From assembly GCA_976226885.1 (NCBI GenBank), contig OZ320313.1, forward strand, positions 67,642,001-67,706,000: DNA of 64,000 bases, given 5' to 3'. The notes under the pieces are model-generated. The model had not been told where the DNA came from. It saw only the letters and a list, made by a program, of their open reading frames with translations, and searched no databases. Both the position numbers and the translations under genes were made by a program. The DNA is from Iphione sp. A-MEVVRFRX5. Lineage: Eukaryota. Of this stretch, positions 48,781 through 61,947 are shown piece by piece; positions within the stretch are counted from its first letter, which is position 1; every line of letters begins with the position of its first letter.

Positions 48781-51700
48781 GGATTAATTATTATGTGGAA
48801 TTCATTACAACGCTTTGAAACTGTACAGAAAATAATACACACCAACGGCTTCCAACAGTGAATAAAGAATACACCAAAGTACACATGTATATGCATATAA
48901 TGCATATATGTACACGTACATGCCCATGCCCATGATTTTAAGAACACGCCAATATAATATGGGGAGAGGAACGGCAAAGGAACAGACAAAAGATGGATGA
49001 CTCATACAAGCATTGGAAATGTACATCCTCCATTCGCTGCAATATAGCGGGGCCTCTGATGAAACCTTGTGACTAGGGTGTGTAGGAGAGAGACCCCCAC
49101 CAGGTGGCAAACGTCGAGATGTAAGGTTCCCGCGGGCCGACTTTCAGCGGCCAAAGGGCCCGGTGACAAACGAGCCTCCCCAGGGTAGACAGATATACGC
49201 TCGATGCGTTGTATGAGCATACGAAAGCCCGGCTGCAGGTTGCAAGCAACTATGTCTATATATTAGTACATTGGGCGTGCCAGCAAATATTCTAATTGTC
49301 AACACTAAGGTATTACTATACACTATTTGGTGGTGAGCTTCTTTCGTCTGAAAGTTAGTTACATGGCGTCTGCACTGCTCTTCAATTCTTGCAGAACCTT
49401 TTGCACTGTTTCCTGGTTTTTCTTTCATGTCACGAATGAAATAAGCCTAACATGTAATGCTTTGTATTTAAAGATGTATATATTCTACTATAATTTCACA
49501 ACAAACTATTCACTATACAATGTAAACGTCGTGTATTTGGAAAATCGGAGCGTGTTTATAGATCCCTTATACAAATTTGGAAAACAAAACAGTGAAAACT
49601 TATCAAAGATATCAATGCCATACAGGGATGTAATTCAATCAGGACTTCTCCTTCACTACATATTTCAAATATACACCGGAAGAACTGCCAACCTGTTACT
49701 ATGTGAAATGTGTGCATGCCAAATACCAGTCCAAGTTACGAATTGGTCAGTCCAACTGTCCTTATTATATATCGAGAACGACTACGTTTTCCTGTATTCC
49801 AAAATTGTAGCAGTTTCCTTCCATTCTTTGGTTCTGGTGACATCAAATGTCCCAATTACCACACTATATATCCCAACAAATACAACAGCTAACCCCATGC
49901 GGTACAGCCCACAGTTTAATGCCCGAGAATCAAGACAAATTCTCTGCTGATACCGAAAAACATCCTATGGTGTAAGCTAGCCTGCAACAGCCAAGCAAGA
50001 TCCCCGTGCCCACTGAAATAAACCAATCAATGGCTGTCCCAAAGACCACAGGATTGCAATGACCTCGCTTGACTCGAGGTCATGCATAAAATGCCTGAGC
50101 AATAGAGGATAATTGGGTAACCCAAGGGACTCGCCGCGTGAGAGGACCTGCGCCGTGACACCTTCGGCGTCGAACCCCCTCCCAACGACAGGAGAAGAGC
50201 TCTACTCCCCGCCTACTTTATCGTGCGCTTTTGATGTTCGCAACAAGAAGAGACAGTGGTCAGTGGGGCGGACCAGCCGGTCTGACGACGAAAGAGGGAG
50301 GCGGCCGGTCCGAAGGTTAACAAAAGCAGCTCTTGTCTGGGCCATGAATCAAGCAGGAGGCTGGGCGGGTAAAGTGGAGCTACTGGGAGTCTTCCAACCA
50401 CACAAACACACAACCTCAACCCCCCCCCCTTCCCCCTCCTCCCGGGCACCCTCTCTGCGCCGTTTCCTCATCGATTCAACGCTTGTGTTATCTTATTGGT
50501 CAGGCCCCCTCTGAAATGGCTACTGATGCGGCGAGGTTTAGTGCAATACCGCTAATAAAAAGACAAAGGAGAATGCTCCCACCAGCATCTCTCCGGACGG
50601 CTGTGCTCAGAGCAAGCTCATCTCAAATAACTGTCAGCCTTGAGGCATTTATTGAGCGGCGTGCCTATGATATACTGGAGAAGAGATTATGGTGAAGATA
50701 CAAAGGCACTGAGCCAGACACAAAGTGCTTCCTGATCAGTCATCGGCCTCACTTCGGGAGGTGAGAGTCTAAACGTCCACTTTAACTTCATTAAGAACTA
50801 CATTCTCTTGACAAATTTCCCCTCTATGGAGGCTGACAATGCGGTGCTTGTTCGCAAACTGCAATTGGGGAAATTATAAAATAAGTGGCACGACATTCCT
50901 GACAACTCTTTTAGGAGATCTGCGTCATGTCGTTCGTGCGACCTAACATTTCTAGAAGGCGCGTGCCCCTTGACACTGGCACCGCTCAGGACGATGGAAG
51001 TTATTTCCCCTCTATCTAGCGACGTGACTATTGTGAGAATGTCAACTCTCCTCTGACGTCAGGAGAACTGTGGCCTTCCAGAAGGAGGGCCATCTGGTGA
51101 GCGCGTCGCGAACAAGGCTGCCAATGAAGGGCCTGCCGGCCTCCGGGAGTGGCCAATTAACTTGGGAAATGACTCATGCTCTGATGCCGGTTTATGGCAG
51201 CACCTCGGTAACTAAATGAAGTCTAATGCTATGCCTTGTCTTATGAACGAGAAAAAAAATGGGGGAAAAACTGCGTCTCCTGCTGTCCTTTGTGGGTCCA
51301 AAGGTCAGGCTTGGCTAAACTTCGGTGTGGTCTCTATGTTAGGTTAAACGGGGTCAGTTTTGATTGTACCAGGGCGGATGCAGACAGATATCCACCTAGG
51401 TCTCAATCTATTGGTAGCGAAAGTAATATAAAGATACAAACCGAAAAAACGAGAAACGGATAAGAAGTCGGCAAACAGCTGTGACATTTGGACAGAACGT
51501 CCAGGCCAGCCTGTATATTATAATCCGTCAAATCATACTAGATTTAGACCCAACATCACTTGTTCCCCATTAGTACCACGTGCCCTGAATATTAGCTACG
51601 ACTCATTCTTAAATATATTTTTTTAGAATTGTGTACGGCCTTCATTTCCTGCCATACTGCACCTGTGCTCGGTATTGTGGAGCATTATCCAACATCTTCT

Positions 51701-54700
51701 AAATATTATCATCAGTGGAGCAGTCTAGGTTAGCCCACCTGAACGCAACTGAACAAAAATCTTCAAACCCTGGCGATGGATGGTTCACAGGAAACTGACG
51801 GCCAATTAAGTGGCAGCGGCTCGATTGAACTGAGGTCTGGCTATCTTTTTAATCATCTTCTGCATCCTTTTCAGTTAATCTTACTCCTTTAAAAAAATTA
51901 GGCAGTTTTGAGTTGTCAAATGAGTAGCAAACACACATTTAACCGTAAAACACACATAAATTCACAGGAATATGGAACCGTGAGCTTCTTATGGACCGTC
52001 AGAAGGTCAGAAAGCAGCACTTCTAGCTTACCCTGACGGTGGGGAAACATTAACATGCAATAACGAAAAAAGGCAAATCTCTTATGATGGAGAGTGAGAG
52101 ACTTTTTTTCTATTACATTAAAATTAACAGCGGAGTCGGTCCATATATGCGGTGTTGTATTAAATGTACATGTATGTATATATATATTTGTGGAAAACGG
52201 ACGTTGTTTGGCCGGGGAATGCACGCTGACCGGCCAAATCCATTACGAGTTTAATTTCAGCGTAATTCAATCGTACCGGCCGCGGGGCAGCCACACGAAG
52301 GCCAGGCAGAAATACCTGCTCAACTATGGGCGGCCTTCGGGCATTATGCATAAATCATATTTGGTCAAGAGGTGCTTTAATTGAGTAAGGGGGGATATAG
52401 GAGGCGGATATGGACACTCTCTTAGGATCCCTGCTTGTCCAGTCTTCACTCGTAATCCATATTTCCCTGCGATAATTTCTTTCCGACAGTCTGCTTCAAT
52501 ATCAGCAGGTGACTGGGAATATACCCATCGGGGATGTGTGGCGAGCGGCTGGGGAACGCGTGCTATCGACAATCCAAGCACCAACATTTCCATAAGACCA
52601 GAAGAGCGCAATGGTGGTCTGGAATTTGACTCAGATCTCGGGAGTTTCGGGTAAGGCACTGCCATGTCAATCATCTCGGATCGAAGGTGTAAAGGTGTAG
52701 ATACACGTATACATGAACACGTCCAGTCCTCCGTACCGATGACCTCTGGATGTTACAAAGGGCGATCTGCTCCAATCGAAGGCGATGCACCCTAATGCTC
52801 AAATTCACAGAATATAATTGTTAAAAAAAAGAGAGAACAAATCAAACAGACATGTAAAATGGCACCAGTGTATGAATCCATTGTTTCGCTTCCCAGGAGA
52901 AAATGTATAAGGAAAGCGCACGTGTTTGCGTAGTTTTTTTTTTTTTTTTTTTTTTTGGGGGGGGGGTATCAAACTACATGTAGATTATTCGACCTGCCCT
53001 CCTCATATGATGCATGGGCGCGCCATCCTCTTCTCAGTGGAAATCTCTACGTCAATAGTTTATACTGTCTCCTAATGTTTGTCAGCGTCTGCAAGTCGGG
53101 AGAAGCGTGGCCTCAGGCGCCGGCGAATGCGTGCTGGGGTCGGCGAGCTCGAACGAGCAGGACATCTTTGTTAGCGAGACCAGTGCCTCGTCATCCTCAA
53201 TCTAAGTGACATTCACCTCTTCACCCCCTGAAGTCGCACTGTCTGGCAGCTGTCGCTACACCGTGAGCAGTCCCGAGCAGATGCCATTGGCTCTTCCTAC
53301 CCCTGTTCGCGCATACGGCTGCCGACGGCGGCAGCCACCGCCGCCGCCGTATAACAACGCACCCACGCGACGGCACATCTGGGTCATCACTACAGACGGA
53401 GGCGGCGCTTAGATCATGCATGGCAGTGAGTATTGACAGCTGATCCAACAGAGAGTCGCGGTAGAATCCATAACGTTGCGCATTGGGTCACACCATTCTT
53501 GACACTCCTTTAAAGCGCCATTATCGTGAGCTTTGTTCCTCCTGCCTTGCGTCGTGCGCCTTCAGAGCAGTTATTTCACCTGACCTGAGGCTAGGTTTAC
53601 TTTGCATGTACTACTTGCAAGCGCTCATTCCCCATGCCCCCTCCCCCGAAACACACACACAAGCACGCGCGCTTGATCAACTCACCCTCCCTAAGAACTG
53701 GTGAAGAAAAGTGGGCCGGCCACGCTTGCATCCTTCAGAAGGAAGAGGGGGAAACCGGTAGTTGGGGGGCAAAGTAAATAAATCCTGTACTTGAAAAAGG
53801 TGTAAGCGGATTCAGACATTACAATCATGCTGAGCCGCCAGACTGCGCCATAATCAATACGCCATCGATGACTTCTGCTTAAAAAAAGGAAGCCCCACAA
53901 AACATGGGGACACTTTCCCCTACGTTTGCCACCGACTGTTCGGAGCCATATTGATCGGCACTGACACTGCCTAACAACTGCCCCTCCCCCAAACACCCCG
54001 GGCCCCCGCCCCCGTATTCTAGTCCCTTCACTCCACCACCATGCTGCGACCTGCCCTACTTCTCGGTCTATGCATTATGACTGGCCTTGTCTACCGACGA
54101 GTATCAAACACAGACGCATTTACTCTGGGGCGTTGGGCCTTTTACCCAACGACTTGAGTCCAAACACTTAACAGATATAACGACTGGCTATTCGCGAGGG
54201 ATAAAGCCGTACGAATGGACCAATTTGCTGAGCATATTTGCCCGCCTTCTCTGCGCGTTGCCTTTGCCTTACCCGGTGGCCACTCCTCTAAGTGTCTACT
54301 GATGACTGAGCGGTAGGGGTCTCTGTGGCTCTAGTAACCTATTTCGTCCTCGTGCGCTGCCGCAGACAAAAGGCATGCTGTCAGTCGCGAGCTCACCTTC
54401 CTATTTGCCACAGCATACAATAGAACGCCGCCTATCCACAGTGTCGTCTGCTCCTCCTTGTCGGTGACAACCGGAAATGCTTAACTGCGCATGCCAGTGT
54501 GAAGCGTGCCTCTTGGACACACTGAACTTGGGGCTTAAAACACTGAGCATTAGTATCACGTTGCGAAATGATATGAGTTTTGAAGAAATCGTTCCTGCTT
54601 CGTGAAATGGGATCGAATGCAATAAGATACGATAAAGGGTATCAGTAAAAAAAACCAGAATGATGAATAAGCAATGAAGGGAGCACAGTGATAGGGACAC

Positions 54701-57700
54701 ATCTCCAACAGAGACATGCCTCTAATAGAGACATCTTGGGAAAGATTACAAATTCTATTTTCCATATACTGAAAGAAGTCTGATAGGGACGAGTCCCAGT
54801 TAGGAACAGTTCGAGAAAACAATGGTGTCACGATTAGAGGCTTTGTGTTGTAATTAATTAATGTGTGTTGATCTGAAAACTATTACGTGGCATCTATAAA
54901 GAATGTCATGTGTACATATGCATGCAAGAATACACCGTTTCTGCAACACCACAAATAAATGTACCTTCCCTGAAATAAACATGCAACCATTTTAGGACCC
55001 TGATCGCACTGCAGGAACATCGAATATCATCGGCTCTTTTGTCTCCTTTTCCAGAGGTGTACCGAATGTCAAATATTGATCGTGTGCATGTTTAGCGCCT
55101 GACAAAGGTAATCAAGGATGCCTACGCCCCCAATTCGGAGACGACATCCTTGTTTGTGGCTTGATGAAGCGATATTGGCCGTTGGGGGAAGCCACAGTGA
55201 ATGGCACGCCAGGAATCGATCTAAGTAACTGGACATATCTACTGGCCACTGGGACAGCGAAGGCTAGCCTATACCCACGGCCCCAGTAGGGGCAGAAATC
55301 CATGCATTTCTACGTTTTGTAATCACTTCGACGGCCATGTAGCATGCAGTCAATTTTGACGAAAACGATACTGGTCTATGAACCTACCTATCCAGCTGGA
55401 AAATATGTACATGTACATGTACATGCGCATTCTTTCCAAGACAGAGGGTGCTTAATAGCGCAAACAGTGAACTATGGTCAGTGTTTATTGTAGTTCGAAT
55501 GACAGAGGATATACGCTTGGGCGGGGGGGTGGGGGGAGGGGGCGCCGCAATGACCGAGTTAACCTACATTTGCCCAGACATTTTGACTCAATCTTTCAAT
55601 GACTCACTCTGACTCGAGTCGTCAAGACATGAAGTAAGTCCTCCTTGGCCTCTCGCTGCAGAAGAAATCGATCACTGGCTGCCGTCAGAAGTCAAACTAA
55701 GAAAAATCATTAATATCGACTACCGCATTCCATGCAACTGAAAACAGGCACTAAGGGACTGGGAGACGGCCTGTTCCGAGGAGCGCTGGGTATACGCTTT
55801 GTGATGATTATTTCGGTATCACGTGTTCACCAGTAGCAAAACATGAATGGGCAGCACAGAAAAAGCTTCACATAAAAACAGTCTCGATGCAGTGCGCAGT
55901 CCTATTTGCCGGTTTCTATGGAAACCCACTCTGCCTGGCCATGAATCGGGTATAGAAAGTAACTATGGTTACCAGGTAGCGACAATGGCGCCTGCGTACT
56001 AAGTCACCCCGTGCGTATTGATTGCTCCTGCTTGGCAGCAGTGGGACGGGCATCAGACGGGGGAGGGAGGCGGCGGTGGCGGGGGGGATGAGGGGGAGTG
56101 GGCAGTGAGAGGGAGCTGGGCGGGGTCCCTGCTGGCTGTTGCCATGACTGGACACTGTCCAAGCACATTTGCTACTTCATCCTCCATTGGTCATGTGGAT
56201 CTGCTGGCTGAAGCTGGTCAGCGGACGACAGCGGACCTTTGGTGCTGACCCACTGACCCTTACCTCTCTTTATGTCCTCTCACATGTCCAGTGCGTTTTG
56301 TGGCCGGTGAACTGGTCATCTTCTGGCGCTAACACAGTATGGTACCATACCAAGTAGGTTCCACGCTCGAGATAGCTCACAGAAGGTTAGAAACTTCCGA
56401 AAGCAAGACACACTGAACGGGAAGCCTGTTTCTGTCGGAATCGCAACAATGTTGATAATTTCTTGTTTATTTTTACATTAGGGAGGAAATGCTGCAATAA
56501 TTAGTCCGTATTGTTCCGAGTTTTCGACACAAGAGATAACAACTGCGAGCTTGAAAATCTTTAATCGGCACCAATTCCATTAATTACCAAGTCGCATTAG
56601 AGGTATAAATCAGAGAGCAGGCGAGTGCACGCTCCACTCATAAGGCGCGTGATGACGATGACAAATGCAGGCATTCCTCGCCCACCAGCATCTATTCCTT
56701 CACGGCTATTGAATTTCATGGGACAGACAAAGAGCCTCACGCCCTTGGTGGGGGCCATTGAGTTAGACTGCACAGAAATGTGAGCTGGAAACAAATATTG
56801 CGACCAGAATCCCCAGACACTTCGTCCGGGAATGTATCAGCTTGTCAAATAAGCTCTAAACGCGTGCAGGATCCATTATCAATGATGTGTCAACAGTTCC
56901 TGAGGCAACGTGAACCCTTGTACCCCAACTGCTCAGCAGTGTTTGAGTTTGTATTGTTTGGGGCTTTTAGGGTCCTAACACCATATTATCAACCCTGTGA
57001 GTGAAAATCACCCACTGGAAGACCCTCCAATAGGGACAACCATAAAATTGTAGTTTGGAAAAAAACAGGGCCTCTTGAGCAATTCGGGAAATTTACTTTT
57101 CAGAATTAAGAAGACACTCCGCTAATCGAATGGTACCCTCAAAATGTTTGCCAACGATGCGTCATCAGCAATTGTCTCTAGCCATGCTCAATGAAGGGAA
57201 CTTGATAGTGATTTGTACCCTTGGGCGAGATTTTGAAATCACTTTACCCGACCGAGATTTCAAAATATTAAATAGGGTGAAATGCATTAATTCTGCTCTA
57301 GAGTCCAATAATATTTTAAAAGCGTCCTTTATCATGGAACCCACTACATAACAAGCGACTTGCAATATTATTAAGGTTTCTATTTTTATTATAAATGGCT
57401 GATTTTCAAGTCGAACACTAACACGCGCATACATACTTCGGGTTAGTTAACTGAAAAAAGCTTTTAAGATGAGTAAATATAATAAAATATTTCCTATTTA
57501 ACCCCCCCCCCCCCACACACACACACACAACATGTCACGGTCCTCATAAGAGGTGTCAGAAGAAAAAATGAAAGGGAGGCTTATCGGAGACATTTCCTGT
57601 AAATCTGATTAATTTATTGGTTATTACGTGACGTGATTATGCCCATGGCTTCATCGGGGATTCCGTTTTTTTTCCTATCTTAAATTCTGCTGATTTTCTT

Positions 57701-60700
57701 TTCCCAATACCACTGGTCAGTGCATGGAGCCTGGCAGGTGGGCGCCACGGAGGGTTATAACAGCACACTCGACACTTTTCCCGTGTCATTTTAATGTGGG
57801 TCTCCGGAGACAAGGGCTGGTGACAGCAGCACCAATCACAAACAATTTCCACACCCTCTCTCCATGCTAGCGGGTAGGCCCGCTATGCGGTAACCCTTCC
57901 CAGCACCAATCCACTTCTAATGCGTACCTGCCATAAAGTAATATTTACAAATCCTGGCGTCCAGCAACTTAGCGTGTTGATGGTATTGTGTACATGAATG
58001 TTCTCTAGCTCGCTAAGCAAGGATCCTATTCTTCATCCATGGTAATATATACCACAGTGCAGTAATATACACCTTTCCTCTGCTACCACAGTACCTTAAA
58101 GCCATCCGGATTGCCTTTGAATACATTGAGTTTTGCAGCTCATTAATCTGGCCCATAAGCATGACTTCTTATACGTTCATTCATGCAGTCCTCACTACAA
58201 CAACACGAACTGGCGCACACGCAACCAAAACCAGATCCCATTTGTTCCTGCATTATGCCTAATCCTACCTAATCATATGTTTGCCCATGCACGAGTGCGC
58301 CAGCTGCGTAATGCTGTAATGAATAGCCGTGCTAATGAAAAGCAATAGGAATGACTCACCCAGCCATATGACTGGTTGAATTGCGTTTATCGTATGCTCT
58401 AATATAGGCTGCGTCCAACCTTTGTTCCTCGGTCACCACAGCGCGGTTTTTTTCCCTTCATCCCTCCACGCGCTATGCCCACAACTGTACGTTTACATGT
58501 CGGTACTAAAATAAAGCTACCATCGTGTAATTTATTAGAACAGTATTGGAAAAAGCGCCCTAAACCCGACGTACTAGAAACAAATTTATTAGTTCCCATA
58601 TATTCTTTTATCCTACGTCGTTCCAATCAATTGTGGTTACTGAATTTATTTCTTGGAGCATTCCGGAGTTTCATTTTTTATTCCGCATCCCATTCTATCA
58701 ATGTACATGCAAACACTAGCTGGACGCTGCTTCAACAAACGTCTTCGCAAGGTTTAAGAAAGAGAAAACAGTCTCTTCGGAACCTGCTGTCCTTTGGCAT
58801 ACCTGCTATAGCTTTCATTCCACGTTGAAAATACAACTGCATTTTTAGGGCGAAGTGATATCAGTGAGTCCCGGGTGGGTTGCTTAGTTGGTGGGGCTTC
58901 CCCAGAGGGAGGGAGGGGTAACAATTTGCCTAGGAAGGCACTGAGTCTACACGGAGCCTACGAGACCTTTGTGCTGTCATTACAGCGTGATGTGCATGCT
59001 GACAGCCACTAAATATGTCCACTGGCTTCTACCTACGGCCAGTGGCAAAGCCCTTGGGCTATACACCACTGGAAGCGACTCACCCTCTCACCACCGGATA
59101 CTCCCTAACCATTTGCATCTCTGCCTGGATATAACTCTATAATCTCCAAATTGCATAGGCCTACTGAAATAAAATTTATGCCTTGTGCATCCGAGGTGAA
59201 TTTTCCTACTATGAGGAAGATGGGTTCGTTCCCTAGGCGATGAGAAGCAAATTATATACTACATGCACGCAGTAAAAATGTGTTCAACGGTGTACAGATG
59301 GTAAATTATTCAATTAGGGAGTACGTGGTCTGCTGCTTTGTCTACGTAGGGGAGTGCTCGCTAAGGCAAGCCAAACGAGAAGTAATAGCGCGCCACGCAC
59401 AACAAATAGGTGCTGATGGGAAGGAGAATATATCCAAGGTCATGTAGGAACCTTCCTACTGACAAACTACCCTCCTTCCTGATGGTGTGCCACTCTTGTC
59501 TTTGGCCTGCAAAACACGAATGCGTTTCTCTTATATACCTCTGATGCCTCCTATGTTTACTGTATTCACAGGGGCTACACAACAGCAAATTTTAACATAT
59601 TATGTAATTACACGCGACTTCAGGAGTTTTGAATAGCTACATTACTATGAATGCACCCCCCCCCCAAAAAAAAGAAACCGTTCCGTTCCTAATACAACAT
59701 TTTCTGAACGTCCATAGTTTGGATGATGTATTAAAAACCTGGACTCATACTGCGCGTCATCTTCGTGTCACATCTGTTCTCTGTTCCTCCATAAATTCAG
59801 TCTACTTTACTCACTGCCTCCTGGTGCGTTTATCACGACGACAAATTGCACTTGTTGGGAGCCAAATGCGCAGTAATCACCCAAACTGCAAACCAATGCG
59901 CAGGCATTTTCCTCGAGATGCTATCGGCAGATTTATACCCACCTTTGCCTGGCCCGGTTCGGCGAGGACAGAGATCCTCTATCGAGCCGAAGTGAAAACG
60001 GATCGCCCCCGACACTGCCTTCGCCCCGCCACTGGCCAGTGATGACCCGTCCGTGGAGATCAGATAACGATGATGTATTGAAAGGTGCACTTTAACACTG
60101 ACGCTCGATCTCCGATGCACCTGCCCACAACTGACCCTTGTGACCTTATAGTAACTGAGTGGCCAGCTTTAAGGTCACCAGGTGAGGAGAGCCTACTTTC
60201 ATGTAGGGAAATCAACCAGACTAGGGGCCAGTCGGATCCTAATTTATGTACTACTTTTGAACGCTAGCCGTTAAAGTTTATTCCGAAGTTAAACAAGTTG
60301 ACTGATACAGCCAAGGTTCCCTTACCACCAGCAATAAACCAGTGTCCATGAAGTAGGTAGACCAGACTTTAGTGGCTCATATCTCAGCAAGTGGTCCTTC
60401 AAATCTTTCCTAAATAGCAGTTACGAGTGTCCACTATGAAGTACATTTGTACACCCTCTGAAAAAGTCCTTTAATAGAATGTGAGTTAGTGTGTCCAAAA
60501 GCTTTGGATAGAAGGTCGGATGGTCAGACGTTAGGACAGCTTTCCTGGGTTTCCCCATTTAAGGTTAGGGAACAATAAATGTATCGTTCCACCTGAACTT
60601 TTAACAAGTACACGTAATCAGTTGGATAATTCTATGAGCATATCTGACTGCAGACCTATGAATGTGGCCTGGTTAAGTTATTCGTAGGTATACTACTATC

Positions 60701-60968
60701 TCAGCTCTGAACACAAGTCACATTTTACTGGGAGTATATTCTAGTATTTACCAGGTTGCGTCGCACAAACAGGTGTACTCAATGGAGAACCATTGTCTAT
60801 AACTGTCAATCAATCAATAAGAAGGTAACAGCCAGTGTGCTCGGCATTCTGCACATAAACAAAGCACGACGACCAGCGGCCATGTGAATCATTTAACCGC
60901 CATCCAAAAACACTTAGCCAACATGAATATATTAAGGATGTGATGTATATACCAACAAAAATAACCAG

Positions 60969-61017
60969 AGACAGACAGACAAATAGAAAGAGACAGACAG
61001 ACAGACAGACAGACAGA
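60969..61017. repeat. Interrupted (GACA)n microsatellite
   Basis: Direct reading of the sequence. Confidence 0.9.
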
Positions 61018-61877
61018 AGGACAAAGACTGGCAGACGGACTGCCACACAAAAACATACCCACCCAGGGGCAGTGATGAAAAATGCTTCTGGTTTCCACCG
61101 GTCAAAATGTTTCCTTCATTTTAATATCAAATGCCAAAGTAATCTTCATTGCAATTTCTTGCTCGTATAACCGATTTTCAATTTCAACTTACAAACAAAA
61201 GATTAGGAACTACATGTATTTCATCAAAGTGGCTATATACTCCCACTAAATCAGCATCTGTGTCTATCGGTTTAAGAAACTGTACAACGTTCAACCATAT
61301 TTAAATACACATTTGAGTCCAGCTTAGTAAATCGTTACTACGATACGCCGCTCTAGTGTATTTAACATGCATTGTTGCGTCCAATACACCACATACGATC
61401 TAAAGACTTGATTGGCGGTGATTAGTGATCGGATTTGCTGGCAGGAAGACTCAAAACGACCATCGGGAACAATCCCCGGGTCTTAATCAGCTGCTTCCAT
61501 AGCATAAGCCGACCTTAGTTCATCATCTCCCGGGGGATTAGGCTGATGCGGGATGAGTGCGCGCCCGGGCCGTCCTAAATGAGCGTCATCGATCGCTAAA
61601 CGTGTCGAGTGGTCGCCTCTTCCTCACCTGGCCATTTGAGATGGGGTGGGGTGCTGACGAAGGGAAGCCCATTTACAGCCCTAGACGCGCGCACCTGCCC
61701 GGAGGCGACCGACCGTGGAGGCGGTGGTCCTAGCCCTGCTTAACCTCCGCAGCGAGCCATCCTTGCACTCTGTCTTCACCTGAGCACAGCGAGCACTGAC
61801 CGCTCGTACGGTGTTCAATCACATCAGGCCGACAACCACCTGAGAAAGTAATTGAATCACACCGCATGCTGGGGGAT

Positions 61878-61947
61878 TGTGTGTGTGGGGTGTGTGTGTG
61901 TGGGTGTGTGTGTGCGTGTGTGCGTGCGTGCGTGCATGTGTGCGTGT
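61878..61947. repeat. Imperfect (GT)n/(GCGT)n microsatellite
   Basis: Direct reading of the sequence. Confidence 0.9.

Noticed and set aside
49327-49950. 207-aa ORF, with scattered TGR...LCEMC, IEND and (another frame) CPNY resembling an RTE-X-like C-terminal zinc knuckle
   Set aside because: TTG start, implausible composition, and motif spacing that does not fit; a protein-level repeat search would be needed.
57868-57885. GC-rich 7-bp hairpin as a Helitron 3' end (also hairpins at 32042-32073 and 57230-57266)
   Set aside because: No CTRR terminus at the expected distance on either strand; isolated hairpins of this size are expected by chance.
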